Of a DNA stretch of 64,000 bases, positions 1-9,972 are shown piece after piece; the stretch's first letter is position 1, and the number at the start of each line of letters is the position of its first letter. The stretch spans positions 274,857 to 338,856 of the forward strand of contig VRVR01000022.1 of NCBI GenBank assembly GCA_009859145.1. The letters are read 5' to 3'. The position numbers were made by a program, and so were the translations under genes. This DNA is from Andalucia godoyi And28 (lineage: Eukaryota > Protista > Jakobida). Under the pieces are notes generated by a model that was not told the origin of the DNA, searched no databases, and saw only the letters and a program-made list of their open reading frames with translations.

Positions 1-571
1 TGTTTGTGACCTTTATGCGCATGAGCACATGATTATGGTCTGCCTTTGCGTACTCGACTTGCACGTCCCAGTAGGCCCGTTGATCCATGATTTTCGTGTC
101 GACAAGCTCGAATTCGCAGTCCTGGAGTCCGCGAGTGAGATTCTCTTGCACCAGCTGGGTGTATGGAAACTCGCTTTGCGGATACTTGTACAGCGCCTTC
201 GCATACGAATACGTTGGCGTCGCATCCAAATAGTAGTACAGCTCCTTCACATCTTCTCCATGAACCCCTTCTGGACCCGATACCATGAAAAACCGCTCCT
301 TCAAGATCGGATCGACACCGTTCCACAACACAGGAGCCAGGCAAATCCGACACTCGCGATCCGTGAATCCAAAGATTCCGTCCTCTCCCCATCGATATGC
401 CCTTGACCGAGCATGGTCATGCGGGAAGTAATTCCAAGAATCTCCGTTTGCAGAGTAGTCCTCACGAACCGTGCCCCATTGCCGCCCGCTAATATACGGA
501 CCAAACCGCTTCCAGTTGCAACGCCTCAGACCGTCCTCCTCCAGCCTCTGAATCTCTGCATGGTGCTTCAT
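1..571 (-). CDS. GH63/MGH1-like glycoside hydrolase (YMR196W-like glucosidase), 5' part; runs off the window start
   Basis: Not in the ORF track; translated by hand from ATG at 571: [65 protein letters not shown]...[13 protein letters not shown]...[22 protein letters not shown]. These are the hallmark N-terminal motifs of this family. Open to the window edge. Confidence 0.85.
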   Translation of the reverse strand, partial: MKHHAEIQRLEEDGLRRCNWKRFGPYISGRQWGTVREDYSANGDSWNYFPHDHARSRAYRWGEDGIFGFTDRECRICLAPVLWNGVDPILKERFFMVSGPEGVHGEDVKELYYYLDATPTYSYAKALYKYPQSEFPYTQLVQENLTRGLQDCEFELVDTKIMDQRAYWDVQVEYAKADHNHVLMRIKVTN

Positions 572-817
572 GTCTTTATTTTCCTCCCCCTCCTGCTTCT
601 TATTCCTTTTTTTAATAAAATGTTTCTTTCTCTTCTTCTCTGCCAGCCTCGATTCTTGGTAAATGCAAAAGGGGGTTTCATACCAGAGTGCGGAACTGTT
701 CAAGCTGAGATTCAAAAATAGGAAAGGACCAAATTAAAATGAAAAAAAACACGACGGGCAATACGCTCCGACAACTTCCACTTTCGAGAAGCTCTGTTCG
801 GGAGCTTTTTTCGCCGG

Positions 818-2776
818 ATGTCGGTCTTTTTTTTTGTCGGACATTTCACAAGCACTCAACTAGCCTCGAATGGGCAACCCCCCGACTCGGCCGCTCTCCC
901 CTTTCTCCGATGCTCCGCTGGTTTCCTTTCTCCACTGTTGCTCTTCGCGTTGGCTGCGCTTCCTGGGGTGAGGGGAACGCACACGGCTGGTGGAAAAAAA
1001 ATGTTTGATTTGCGACGTGTTGACGCATACATCACGTTGCAAGGAGCGGATTCTGCAACTTTGTGGTCTTTCAGCGCGGATCACCAAGACTGGACATTCA
1101 ATTCGTTGACGCTGCCTGATTCGGCAATTGCATTCCGCTACGCAACGTGCGTGTATGTATGCGAAATCGATGCATTTGTCGCTCTGTGTCTCCTGGAGGT
1201 TGTGCATGGCAGACTTTGCGTATATGGACTGGATTGCTCGCGTCGATGCTTCTCAGATCCTCTATGCAGCTCGTTTGCCCTGTCATCATCAAGTCCGCGG
1301 TTCCAGTGCGTTCCTTGTGCATCAGGGTTTTTGATACTGGATGATTTTTGCAGTGTCCATTTTGTAGATTCCCGCGGCCATCTTCATGCGCTCTCATTGT
1401 TTCCCGAGTTCTCGCACGTACACGGAATGTTGGCTGTCTCTGGAGAGCAGTGGGCGTACGTGAGCGGCTTCTCAAATAACGAACCCAAGTTGCTACGAAT
1501 CGAGGTGTCCCCATGTGTTGGGCTCTTGGCTAAAGTACCGTGCATGGAGATCAATGTCAGAAACCAGGAACGGAGTGATCCAGCATCGCCGAGACATATC
1601 CGTCTGCCAGTGGGACTGCATGCGCCAAATTTGCTGATGTTGGACGATTCTCCGGCGCTGTCCTACGTTGACGCTGCGACTGGCAAGACAGTCGGAAACT
1701 CCGTGGATCTCACGTCTTTTGGATTCTCGGACATGTCCATGCTTACGATAATACAGCTTGTTCAGAATTCCGTGTGGTGTTTTGGCCTGGTTTGCAGGGC
1801 CAGCAGAAAGGCTCTTGTCATCGAAGTGCAGACGCTGTCTGTTTTGTCAACCTTGGAAAATGTGCAGGCGTTGTTGTTGAATTCGCGACAGGACCTGTTT
1901 GCGATTGAAGCAGGCCAAGTCGTTGGCAGGATCCAAATCCCACTGGTTTACTTTCCAAAGTCTGTCAATCCTTCCGTACGTTCTCTCTCGATCTTCAGTT
2001 CACAACTACGGCAACAAAGACTGGCGGAAGACGCGACGGTGTCGCTCAAACGGGCGATCATGAATAGATGGGTGCAATGCATTGACGAATGCAAATCCAC
2101 GTCGAAAAGGAACAGCTTTGTTTTTGAGGACCTCTTGCCCGTCGTGGTTGAGCATGAACATGCCCCGCTGCAGCAAGCGGCTCAACCAGGTGTCCGTGCC
2201 GACCATGTCTTGAAGATTGAGAGTTGTCGCGGATGGGTCCGCAGCTCCAATCCCGGAAAAACAATAATTGTTTCGTTTTCATTGGGTTCACAGATTCCTC
2301 CGGAAATTTTAAAATCGGTGGATGTCACAATCCACACCTTGTTTCCTTGCGGGCGTCAAGAAACGTGCATTCACCCGACAGGCCATGTAGTTTGCTGCTG
2401 GACAGATGGCAGTGCTGTCGAGGACGTCCAAGTGCAGCTGCTTGTATCTTCGCATACCAATTCGTTTCGTGCAGTCCGCGAAGTCATCGCTCTGGAAACA
2501 ACTGTGGCGCTTCCCAGCCTGCTACCGTGGTTCTGTCCGGTGAGCCTGCGTCTCAATAGTGTTGATGCTGTTGAGTTATTGATGAAGACACTCAAGTCCG
2601 CTGACAGTCGCTTCAGCATCCGGTCTGTCAACAGATCTAGCAAACAAGTGGAAGCAGTCGTCGAAGCCACATCCTTTCCAATGCTATGCCAGGCCTTAGG
2701 GGCACTGGCGGCCGCAACATCTGGAGGAAGACTTGGAACAATGATTGTATCCGACCAAACGCTTCAGCGGAACTGA
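818..2776 (+). CDS. Uncharacterised protein, possibly a divergent FANCB-like protein (beta-rich N-terminus, coiled coil, beta-sandwich/alpha-beta C-terminus)
   Basis: 652-aa ORF; true start may be the ATG at 1001, which follows an A-run. By-eye resemblance to FANCB: YATCVYVCE, SSFAL...GFLILDDFCSVHFVDSRG, and the central helix SLSIFSSQLRQQRLAEDATVSLKRAIMNRW. The CDS is solid; the family call is tentative. Confidence 0.5.
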   Translation: MSVFFFVGHFTSTQLASNGQPPDSAALPFLRCSAGFLSPLLLFALAALPGVRGTHTAGGKKMFDLRRVDAYITLQGADSATLWSFSADHQDWTFNSLTLPDSAIAFRYATCVYVCEIDAFVALCLLEVVHGRLCVYGLDCSRRCFSDPLCSSFALSSSSPRFQCVPCASGFLILDDFCSVHFVDSRGHLHALSLFPEFSHVHGMLAVSGEQWAYVSGFSNNEPKLLRIEVSPCVGLLAKVPCMEINVRNQERSDPASPRHIRLPVGLHAPNLLMLDDSPALSYVDAATGKTVGNSVDLTSFGFSDMSMLTIIQLVQNSVWCFGLVCRASRKALVIEVQTLSVLSTLENVQALLLNSRQDLFAIEAGQVVGRIQIPLVYFPKSVNPSVRSLSIFSSQLRQQRLAEDATVSLKRAIMNRWVQCIDECKSTSKRNSFVFEDLLPVVVEHEHAPLQQAAQPGVRADHVLKIESCRGWVRSSNPGKTIIVSFSLGSQIPPEILKSVDVTIHTLFPCGRQETCIHPTGHVVCCWTDGSAVEDVQVQLLVSSHTNSFRAVREVIALETTVALPSLLPWFCPVSLRLNSVDAVELLMKTLKSADSRFSIRSVNRSSKQVEAVVEATSFPMLCQALGALAAATSGGRLGTMIVSDQTLQRN

Positions 2777-2845
2777 GAAATAACACACAAAATAGATATA
2801 CTTTCGCGAGGTCATCTTGCGGGTGGAAGCTTCTGAAGCGAAATC

Positions 2846-5800
2846 TCAGTCGTTGGTCCATTGGTTCGTACGAATTGGCGAGGCAATTCCACGGAGATCA
2901 ACGGATGAAGGGTCTTTGCCCTCTTCTCGGAGGAGTTCTTGGTATAACCTTACACTCTGCTCCAGCGCAGACAGCATTGCGAAGTTCGATTTGCCAAAAA
3001 GCACAGCTCTCTGAAGAACTTCCATGACTTTGAAATAGACATTGCCCAAGCGGACGACCGTTCCGGATGCCGTTTGTGCAGGATCAAACGGACCCACGGT
3101 CAAGGTTGTGCTTTTGATGAAGATTCTTTCCGAGATGCAAAGAGTGTCGAAGCGTGGAAGATGGCGGGATTCTTGTTCGTGCATCACGGCAAGAGCGCTC
3201 TCAATGTTTGGAACGAACACAACATGTCGGAGCAGTCGCTCCACGACTGCCATGTCTCGTCGGCTGTGCAAGGGTTCAAGAATATGGGTAGCCCTTCGAC
3301 ATCCATGCCGGCGCACGTACTCAGGCAGCGGGAATTCCTTGTCCGGATGCCCAGACCCAGAAATATGAACAACTGGTAAACGACAAGACAAGCACCTCTT
3401 ATATTCGTCATCCGTTCGAGCTAAATAGCGTCCCAGCACATCCGAGAACTGCCAGCAAAGTAGGGACCCGAGTTCCGCAATCGACTCGATTGTTTCATCA
3501 AGCTCGCTTTTTGGGGCACGAAGAACGACAATATCCACCAGTTGATCTATTCCAATGCAGTTCTTATGTTTTGGCCCAAGCCGAGTAAATGGTTGCATCT
3601 TCGAGCGTAAACTTGCTCGTAACCGTTGCAGCTTGTCCATCGCAGAACCCAGGTCGGCGCTGGACGAAATGGAGAATTGCTCAGCCGTAATCGATCCCGT
3701 AATATCATTCAGAACGCGCTGGAGGACGGCGAAGCGGTACCGAAGATTGTAATCCGATCTCCGGAATAACTCACATGCATCAACCGATGTGCTCTCCAAT
3801 GACGTGCGCACGTAATCTGCGAACACCTGTACCAAGTCCACTTCCACAGTCCACATGTGTGGAGCAAAAAACCGCCGACGCTGCTCCATATATGAGACCT
3901 TGAAAACGCGGGGCATGTCGCACAGCAAACTGTCAGAGTGGAAAATGAAGACTGGACGGTCATCCTTGACTTCTTGCAAGCGATAGGCGATAACATCACA
4001 AATCACGTCCACAGATTGCTGAACAATATGCCGATCTGCGAAATCGAGATACCCTCCTTCAATGATGAGAGAAACCTCCAGAGTCGGCGCACAGCTTCCT
4101 TGGTCAGCACCAACTAGAAAACGTGCCTCAAGACGTCGAACAAAGCCCACACCATCTGCCATGCATCTCTCCAACAGTAGTTCCGTTGGTGCACCACCAC
4201 CCAAACTTCGAAGTTTTCTTCCAGTGCGGCTTTCCGCACCTCTGCCGTTCTCCAGCACGCAGAGAGAGAACTGAAGGGCAGCTTCCTGTTGATCGGGATC
4301 AAAAACAATGGTAACATCATCGACAGCGCATTCCCCATCAACAAATTTCGACGAAACCGTAATCCTGTCAAAGGGAAATATCTTGCAATGGACACCTAGT
4401 ACAGCAACTCTCATATCATTCGCTACACCAGACGTGACAGAATTCCCACCGACATCGAATAGCCGGAGCTTCAAACAACGAAACGCAAACATCGCTTGCA
4501 CAGGGAGTCGGCGCATTTGGGGATGATCTTCCAGTTTCCAACCGTCGATTTCGTAGAGGCGAACCGTACTAGGAGATCCAGGTACTACATTCACATACAA
4601 CGCATCCGTTGTCAACGAAAATTCATCGAAACTCAACCGGAACACAATTCCCACGCAACCAACATGGGCCACAAACGAAGGACATGAAAGCACTATGCAG
4701 TAGCCACCAATCTGAAGGATTGGATTTTCTGGTAAAAAATAGTGGTCGCTCTGGATGTGGCCCGCTGATTGCACTGCAAAATGGGAAAACTGAGAACGCA
4801 CGTCCGTGAACGGTGTTCCCACATCACTGTCCACCATCTGTATTTTGGAGGGTGCATCCGGTGAGAACGGTAATGCATTTCCAAAGCGGTCCGTCATTCG
4901 AACGTACATTTCTGGGAGCCCTGTCCCACTGGCCACTTCGGGAATCTGAGCGCTGGCAGCGTCGACGTCTTTCCAGGAAACAAGCAACCGTGACGGCAGC
5001 TCGGCTCTGAGATGAAAACTCAGATCAATCCCAAATACGGGTATCAATGCATTTTTGAACCGGAGCGAAATGACGTACGACCCGTAGTTTGTGAGCGTAG
5101 GGAAAACGGAATCCACAAGATACGACGACAATGAATAATAATCGACTAGTAGCTCACCACCGTTGATTGCGTGCTCACAAACTACGATTCCATTGCACAG
5201 TGCTTCCACACGCGGACTATCAGAATCGTGAAACATAGCGAAATCCCCATCGGCAGCGAGCAAACGAAACCGTATGTCCGGTATCCTGGACCCAACAGGC
5301 ACAATCCCAGTGAACTGCATGCTAGGAAAGGAATCCGATGTGACATCCGAATCTGCCTTCAGAATATGGAACGGGTCCTCGATGGCGGCAGTGCAGGGGT
5401 ATCGCGAAGCTTCCACTAGGACAGTAAGAGAACACGCTGCTACTTCTGCTGTTGCTGCTGTTGCTTCTCTGTCATTTTGTCGGCATTCAATCTCAAGCAG
5501 AAATTCGCCGTTAACGGGAGGCACAAGAGTGCGATATTCTGGCAAACAGATATGCACGACTGAGGAAACGGGAAAGGGAACTGCGGCTTTGATCGTAGGG
5601 AAGCAGAGAACAGCGCTACAGGGAAATGGTACTGGGCTTCCGAATCGATCGAATGCTGCCACCGTAAATGGAGGAACAGACGTTCCGGACCGAATTCGAG
5701 GCATTTGGTTTGCCGATGTTCCTGAGAATTGCGCCCGAATCGAGCAAAAAGTACCTGCACAGACGCTGCACGACAACTCCGTCGAGCCCAGGAGTTCGAG

Positions 5801-8800
5801 GCTTTCATTAAAGCCCGCAAGCAAACCACTGTCCTTTTCCGCGGGTCCGAAGAGGTCAATCTCGAGAAAACAGGATTCCGATTCCCCAAAAAAGGAAAAG
5901 TGATCACGTTCGTCTCGGAAGAGAATGCACAAGCCGTGCATCACATACTGAGATTCATGCGATTCATAAACAAAGGATACTGGAGGCATTGTCAAATAAA
6001 ACCGGGGTGATTTGATGCGAAGTCGAACAGCCTCGTCGGTGAGAACCGGATCTAGTGAGATGGCATTATTCATATCATCGTAGATCTTAAGGCAGAGTGT
6101 AAATGGAACATCTACAGACAACTGAGGTTGCGGAACACTGGCCATTATCCGACGAACAACGCTGTTGGTGACATGGACGGCCAACTCAAGATCCCCACAG
6201 ATGCTTTCCTCCAGATCAGAAAGCAGGAATGACGATTGTTCGAGAACGTTACGCTGCAATCTGCTCTTAAACACAAGAACATAATCGGCGCAGCCGTTAA
6301 ATTCCAAGACATGGGATGCATCTGCTACACACTGAAAAGGATACTCTTTGATGATATGTCCTCGAACAAACTTGCCGACCTCGGAGTTCCATGAAGATTC
6401 GTACACTTGTAATGCTACCATGAAGGGAGGGTCGTCCAGAGGCGAGCAAAAGTCGGGCAACCGCAATAGCGATCTCGGAGACGAGCATATCCTCTCTCCA
6501 AACTCCCGCGAGCAGCAAAATCGCGTGGTAAAATGGTACGTGCCTTCCGACAGAGTGCACGCGCCCGACGTGCAAGAGTTCGATGAGACACGACGAGTTT
6601 CCTTGGTCATGATTCCGGCCTGAAGAACGCTGGAGAGGACCAATCGGTGATCTGGAATGTGCATTCGAAAAAACGAAAACCGAGCCTCTGCCTTCGCTCT
6701 GTCAAAACGCCTTCCGTTCAGCAATAACTGAGAAACAGCAACGCGGTAGATGCCAGCATCATGGAACAAGTCCGCAGGAAGCAAGCGGATATTTGCAATC
6801 GCATCAGCGGCCTCAATCGTTTCTGCTTGCGATGCCGACCAGTTGTCCACAGTGAAGGACACGCATTGAATGGGAAATACACCGTTCTCGTCCACATAGA
6901 AAATCTGATTTGAAGCTGATCCGGAAGGATCATCACCGACACAATCCACCGATCGAAGAGGAGCTAAATTAAATGCACTTCCACGAAGCACGCAGCGACT
7001 CCATGACCCGCTGGGACTCAAAGGGCTACCACTATGAAACCTCGAAAGTTCAGCAAATCCATCTTCGCGAGCATGACATTCTCCCGCCCACTCGTAAACC
7101 GCCGGTTCCCATGGAGCTACTGCGATTCCCGCGATATCAAACACTGTCAGCAGATTGTCAAATCTGGAGGAAAACTTGTCTATGCAGAGCGGGAACTCGC
7201 CATGGAAGAACAGCTGGCCACGGATACGCTTCAGTGCTGGAGCTGGAGCCAATGCACTGTCGCTTCTGAAGTGCGATGGCAACAGGTACTGATATGGGAG
7301 CAGTTTGCCGTTCCAATACACTTCGCACACATATCCACGATGTGGGCAGGAGTCCCAGTCAGCCAAACACGTTCTCTCGTCATTTACAGCGTCTTCCACG
7401 CAATCTAGATCCAGGCGCTCCGACGGATCCGGAGGCAGTGACTCCTCGTTGAAAAACACCGGAAAGTACTTGAGAATAATTTTTGCACAACGACAAAGGT
7501 CAAGTACGAGTGGTGCGCACGACGACGCAGACATGAGACCTCGATCATATGCATTTGGATGGCTATTGCAGAGCTGGCGAATAATGGTGTTTCCTTGCAC
7601 ATCGGCACCTCGTACCGATATGTTGAGTGGAGGAATCGCTCTGCAAGGTCTTGGAACGGCCGGTTTCAAAGCGTTGGAGCGTGGAAAGCCACGATCATTC
7701 AAGTAATAATAGAAGGCGTGGGCCAGTGAGGTGGAATACGAGTCAACAAGTGAAATGATGCATTGGTTTAGGAGCTCAGCAGGGTCGAACAAGTGCGTGG
7801 AGTCCCTCTGAAGAACTCTGCTGAATGGCATCAGCATCTCCATGCGAAGTTTCGAAATAACAATGAGGGTGTACGAGGAGCATCTCCGATGCATGTCCAG
7901 CCACTGAGCCGATAGACCCGTAGAATGCTCTTCTTCTGAAAAACAAGACGGATCTTCTGGAATGATCTCGTTCAGCGAATTCTCGAATGCTCGAAACGAG
8001 TCTGTCGGAAAGGCCATCAGCTTTTCTGCATCTATTTCCACCGAGTATGTAGGATACCCTTCCTTCCTTGTGATAACTCGAAGCAATCGCCCAAGGGAAA
8101 ACGCAGCACGCTTCGCTCCCACTCCAAACACGCCCAGCCTTCCGTTTGCAAAAAACGGAAAGTCTTGTGGATCCCGAGTCTGTGCCTCTCCACGATGAGT
8201 CGGGATCAGTTCCTTTGGCACTGAAAATGCAAAGCACTCAATCAACTCGCGGTCTGTCATTCCGCATCCGTCGTCAGAAATCATGATAAACCCAACATCC
8301 CGCTTCTCTTGAAATTTGAGAGGACCCGGGACCGGATGAAACGAAACTTCGATATTCTCAGCGTTTGCTTCGATCGCGTTGTCAATAAATGCGGACAAAT
8401 AGGAATGGGTCGGGTGCTTCCACGCGTTCATCTTTGGGATTGGGCGTACGTCAAAAGGATGGACAAACAGGATGGGATTCAGTCTGTAGCTTGAAAACCC
8501 AAACGTAAACTCTCGACACTCTTGTCCGACGTGCCGTACAATGATGACGACGTTCACATGATTGCGAAACCACAAGAAATTCGCATCTGTGACGGTCATG
8601 TATTCAAATACAGCATTTTGCACTGATTCTCCATCCTTTCTTTCGTCGTGACGGTCGCGATCCATACCTGGATCACTGCCTGTGCGTGCGTCTTCGTCCT
8701 CGTCGTCATCAACCGAGCAGCCAAATCGGCTTTTGTGAAGCCTTGCTACGCACTCTACATGATCAGCATTCGCTGGATTTCCTCCATCCTTTTCATATGC

Positions 8801-8902
8801 AGACAACGCACACTCCAGCAGATGTGTCAAACTGCGCATAAACAAAAGATTCCCAAACAACCGGTCCACAGGCGCCAGAATGCTCACAGCAATCGGTCGC
8901 AT
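2846..8902 (-). CDS. SMCHD1: SMCHD1/GMI1-like protein: GHKL ATPase, long beta-rich linker, C-terminal SMC hinge-like region
   Basis: About 2018-aa uninterrupted ORF (first ATG 8902; start uncertain). GHKL motifs FIDNAIEA, DDGCGMT and LGVFGVGAKRAAFSLG. SMCHD1-typical VYWNGKLLPY and KRIRGQLF. C-terminal IAELGSLLCWQFSDVLGRYLARTDD resembles the SMCHD1 hinge. Confidence 0.8.
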   Translation of the reverse strand: MRPIAVSILAPVDRLFGNLLFMRSLTHLLECALSAYEKDGGNPANADHVECVARLHKSRFGCSVDDDEDEDARTGSDPGMDRDRHDERKDGESVQNAVFEYMTVTDANFLWFRNHVNVVIIVRHVGQECREFTFGFSSYRLNPILFVHPFDVRPIPKMNAWKHPTHSYLSAFIDNAIEANAENIEVSFHPVPGPLKFQEKRDVGFIMISDDGCGMTDRELIECFAFSVPKELIPTHRGEAQTRDPQDFPFFANGRLGVFGVGAKRAAFSLGRLLRVITRKEGYPTYSVEIDAEKLMAFPTDSFRAFENSLNEIIPEDPSCFSEEEHSTGLSAQWLDMHRRCSSYTLIVISKLRMEMLMPFSRVLQRDSTHLFDPAELLNQCIISLVDSYSTSLAHAFYYYLNDRGFPRSNALKPAVPRPCRAIPPLNISVRGADVQGNTIIRQLCNSHPNAYDRGLMSASSCAPLVLDLCRCAKIILKYFPVFFNEESLPPDPSERLDLDCVEDAVNDERTCLADWDSCPHRGYVCEVYWNGKLLPYQYLLPSHFRSDSALAPAPALKRIRGQLFFHGEFPLCIDKFSSRFDNLLTVFDIAGIAVAPWEPAVYEWAGECHAREDGFAELSRFHSGSPLSPSGSWSRCVLRGSAFNLAPLRSVDCVGDDPSGSASNQIFYVDENGVFPIQCVSFTVDNWSASQAETIEAADAIANIRLLPADLFHDAGIYRVAVSQLLLNGRRFDRAKAEARFSFFRMHIPDHRLVLSSVLQAGIMTKETRRVSSNSCTSGACTLSEGTYHFTTRFCCSREFGERICSSPRSLLRLPDFCSPLDDPPFMVALQVYESSWNSEVGKFVRGHIIKEYPFQCVADASHVLEFNGCADYVLVFKSRLQRNVLEQSSFLLSDLEESICGDLELAVHVTNSVVRRIMASVPQPQLSVDVPFTLCLKIYDDMNNAISLDPVLTDEAVRLRIKSPRFYLTMPPVSFVYESHESQYVMHGLCILFRDERDHFSFFGESESCFLEIDLFGPAEKDSGLLAGFNESLELLGSTELSCSVCAGTFCSIRAQFSGTSANQMPRIRSGTSVPPFTVAAFDRFGSPVPFPCSAVLCFPTIKAAVPFPVSSVVHICLPEYRTLVPPVNGEFLLEIECRQNDREATAATAEVAACSLTVLVEASRYPCTAAIEDPFHILKADSDVTSDSFPSMQFTGIVPVGSRIPDIRFRLLAADGDFAMFHDSDSPRVEALCNGIVVCEHAINGGELLVDYYSLSSYLVDSVFPTLTNYGSYVISLRFKNALIPVFGIDLSFHLRAELPSRLLVSWKDVDAASAQIPEVASGTGLPEMYVRMTDRFGNALPFSPDAPSKIQMVDSDVGTPFTDVRSQFSHFAVQSAGHIQSDHYFLPENPILQIGGYCIVLSCPSFVAHVGCVGIVFRLSFDEFSLTTDALYVNVVPGSPSTVRLYEIDGWKLEDHPQMRRLPVQAMFAFRCLKLRLFDVGGNSVTSGVANDMRVAVLGVHCKIFPFDRITVSSKFVDGECAVDDVTIVFDPDQQEAALQFSLCVLENGRGAESRTGRKLRSLGGGAPTELLLERCMADGVGFVRRLEARFLVGADQGSCAPTLEVSLIIEGGYLDFADRHIVQQSVDVICDVIAYRLQEVKDDRPVFIFHSDSLLCDMPRVFKVSYMEQRRRFFAPHMWTVEVDLVQVFADYVRTSLESTSVDACELFRRSDYNLRYRFAVLQRVLNDITGSITAEQFSISSSADLGSAMDKLQRLRASLRSKMQPFTRLGPKHKNCIGIDQLVDIVVLRAPKSELDETIESIAELGSLLCWQFSDVLGRYLARTDDEYKRCLSCRLPVVHISGSGHPDKEFPLPEYVRRHGCRRATHILEPLHSRRDMAVVERLLRHVVFVPNIESALAVMHEQESRHLPRFDTLCISERIFIKSTTLTVGPFDPAQTASGTVVRLGNVYFKVMEVLQRAVLFGKSNFAMLSALEQSVRLYQELLREEGKDPSSVDLRGIASPIRTNQWTND

Positions 8903-9280
8903 GATGAACAATCGCACCAAGTCTCACCTCGTCGCCGCCGTCCCAACAACAACAGCATGAAAGTTCAGCGCATTCGGCGCAATACCCTGGAGCAACAACG
9001 GCCAAAAGAATGCGGGAGAAACAGGAAGTGAATAATTGCTATAGTCATGCATAATAATAATAAATAAATAAAATAAAGGAAACCCAAAAACAAAACAAAA
9101 CAACAAAAAACGCGGCGAACCGTAGTCGGTTCCGTTGAACCTCAAACGTGTTTCTGGACTTTCGCTCAGAAGCCGCCGAAAGCTGTGCTGGTGTTCCTTC
9201 CGTCCTCTTTTTGTTCTACTTCTGCATATGCGACATTCGCTTTCGCTCACAGGGATAGGGACACGGATACTCGCACAATC

Positions 9281-9687
9281 ATGTCATTCTTTTCATCAAA
9301 GCCCGCTGCGGCGACTGGAAAATCAGAGGCCGATGAAATTGTTGGACGGATCCGCGAAGAAATGAACCAGCAAGCTGCGCAGGATCTCTTTCAGCGAGTC
9401 GCAGAAAAGTGCTTTGCAAAGTGCATTTCCAAGCCTGGATCAAAGCTCGATGCAAATGACCAAGCGTGCCTTGCAAGATGCGAAGACCGTTACATTGATG
9501 CAATGAATGTCATTTCACAGGCTCTCCAGGACCGATCAAATACCGTACGTGGCTGTTATTTCCCTCTTCCCTCCTTCTTTTATTATTATTATTCTTTATT
9601 ATCATTAATATTAATAATTCTTTGCTGTTTTTTAATATTTAATTTATTATTTTAATATCCGGATGACAGATGGAACAAGATTCTTAA
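9281..9687 (+). CDS. TIM13: Small Tim chaperone, Tim13-like; two exons 9281-9544 and 9670-9687
   Basis: Twin CX3C motif (KCFAKC...ACLARC, followed by DRYIDAMNVIS). A GTACGT donor at 9545, AT-rich interior and GACAG acceptor ending at 9669 give a phase-0 join to ATG GAA CAA GAT TCT TAA. Confidence 0.85.
9545..9669 (+). other. Spliceosomal GT-AG intron in the Tim13 gene
   Basis: GTACGT...CAG boundaries, very AT-rich interior. Unspliced reading gives an implausible hydrophobic low-complexity tail. Confidence 0.7.
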
Positions 9688-9972
9688 TCATGATGCATGA
9701 CGATGACAACGTCCGCGAGACACCCCCCCGCACGCTGCGCCACGGACAAGAAGGACAAAAACAGCGAGTAAAGCCCAACACCATCGACAGTCTGTTATTG
9801 TCATTATCATTATTATCATTATTGTTATTTTTTTAAAAACTACTTATTCTTGTATCATTTTGCGGATTAGACAGTTTCCAACAAGTTCGTGACTCCAAAA
9901 ACCTCTACGTCCATTGCCTGGTGCAACAACAGCAAGCGGAACTCATCGCGGCACACGGTAGCACAGCGCGAC

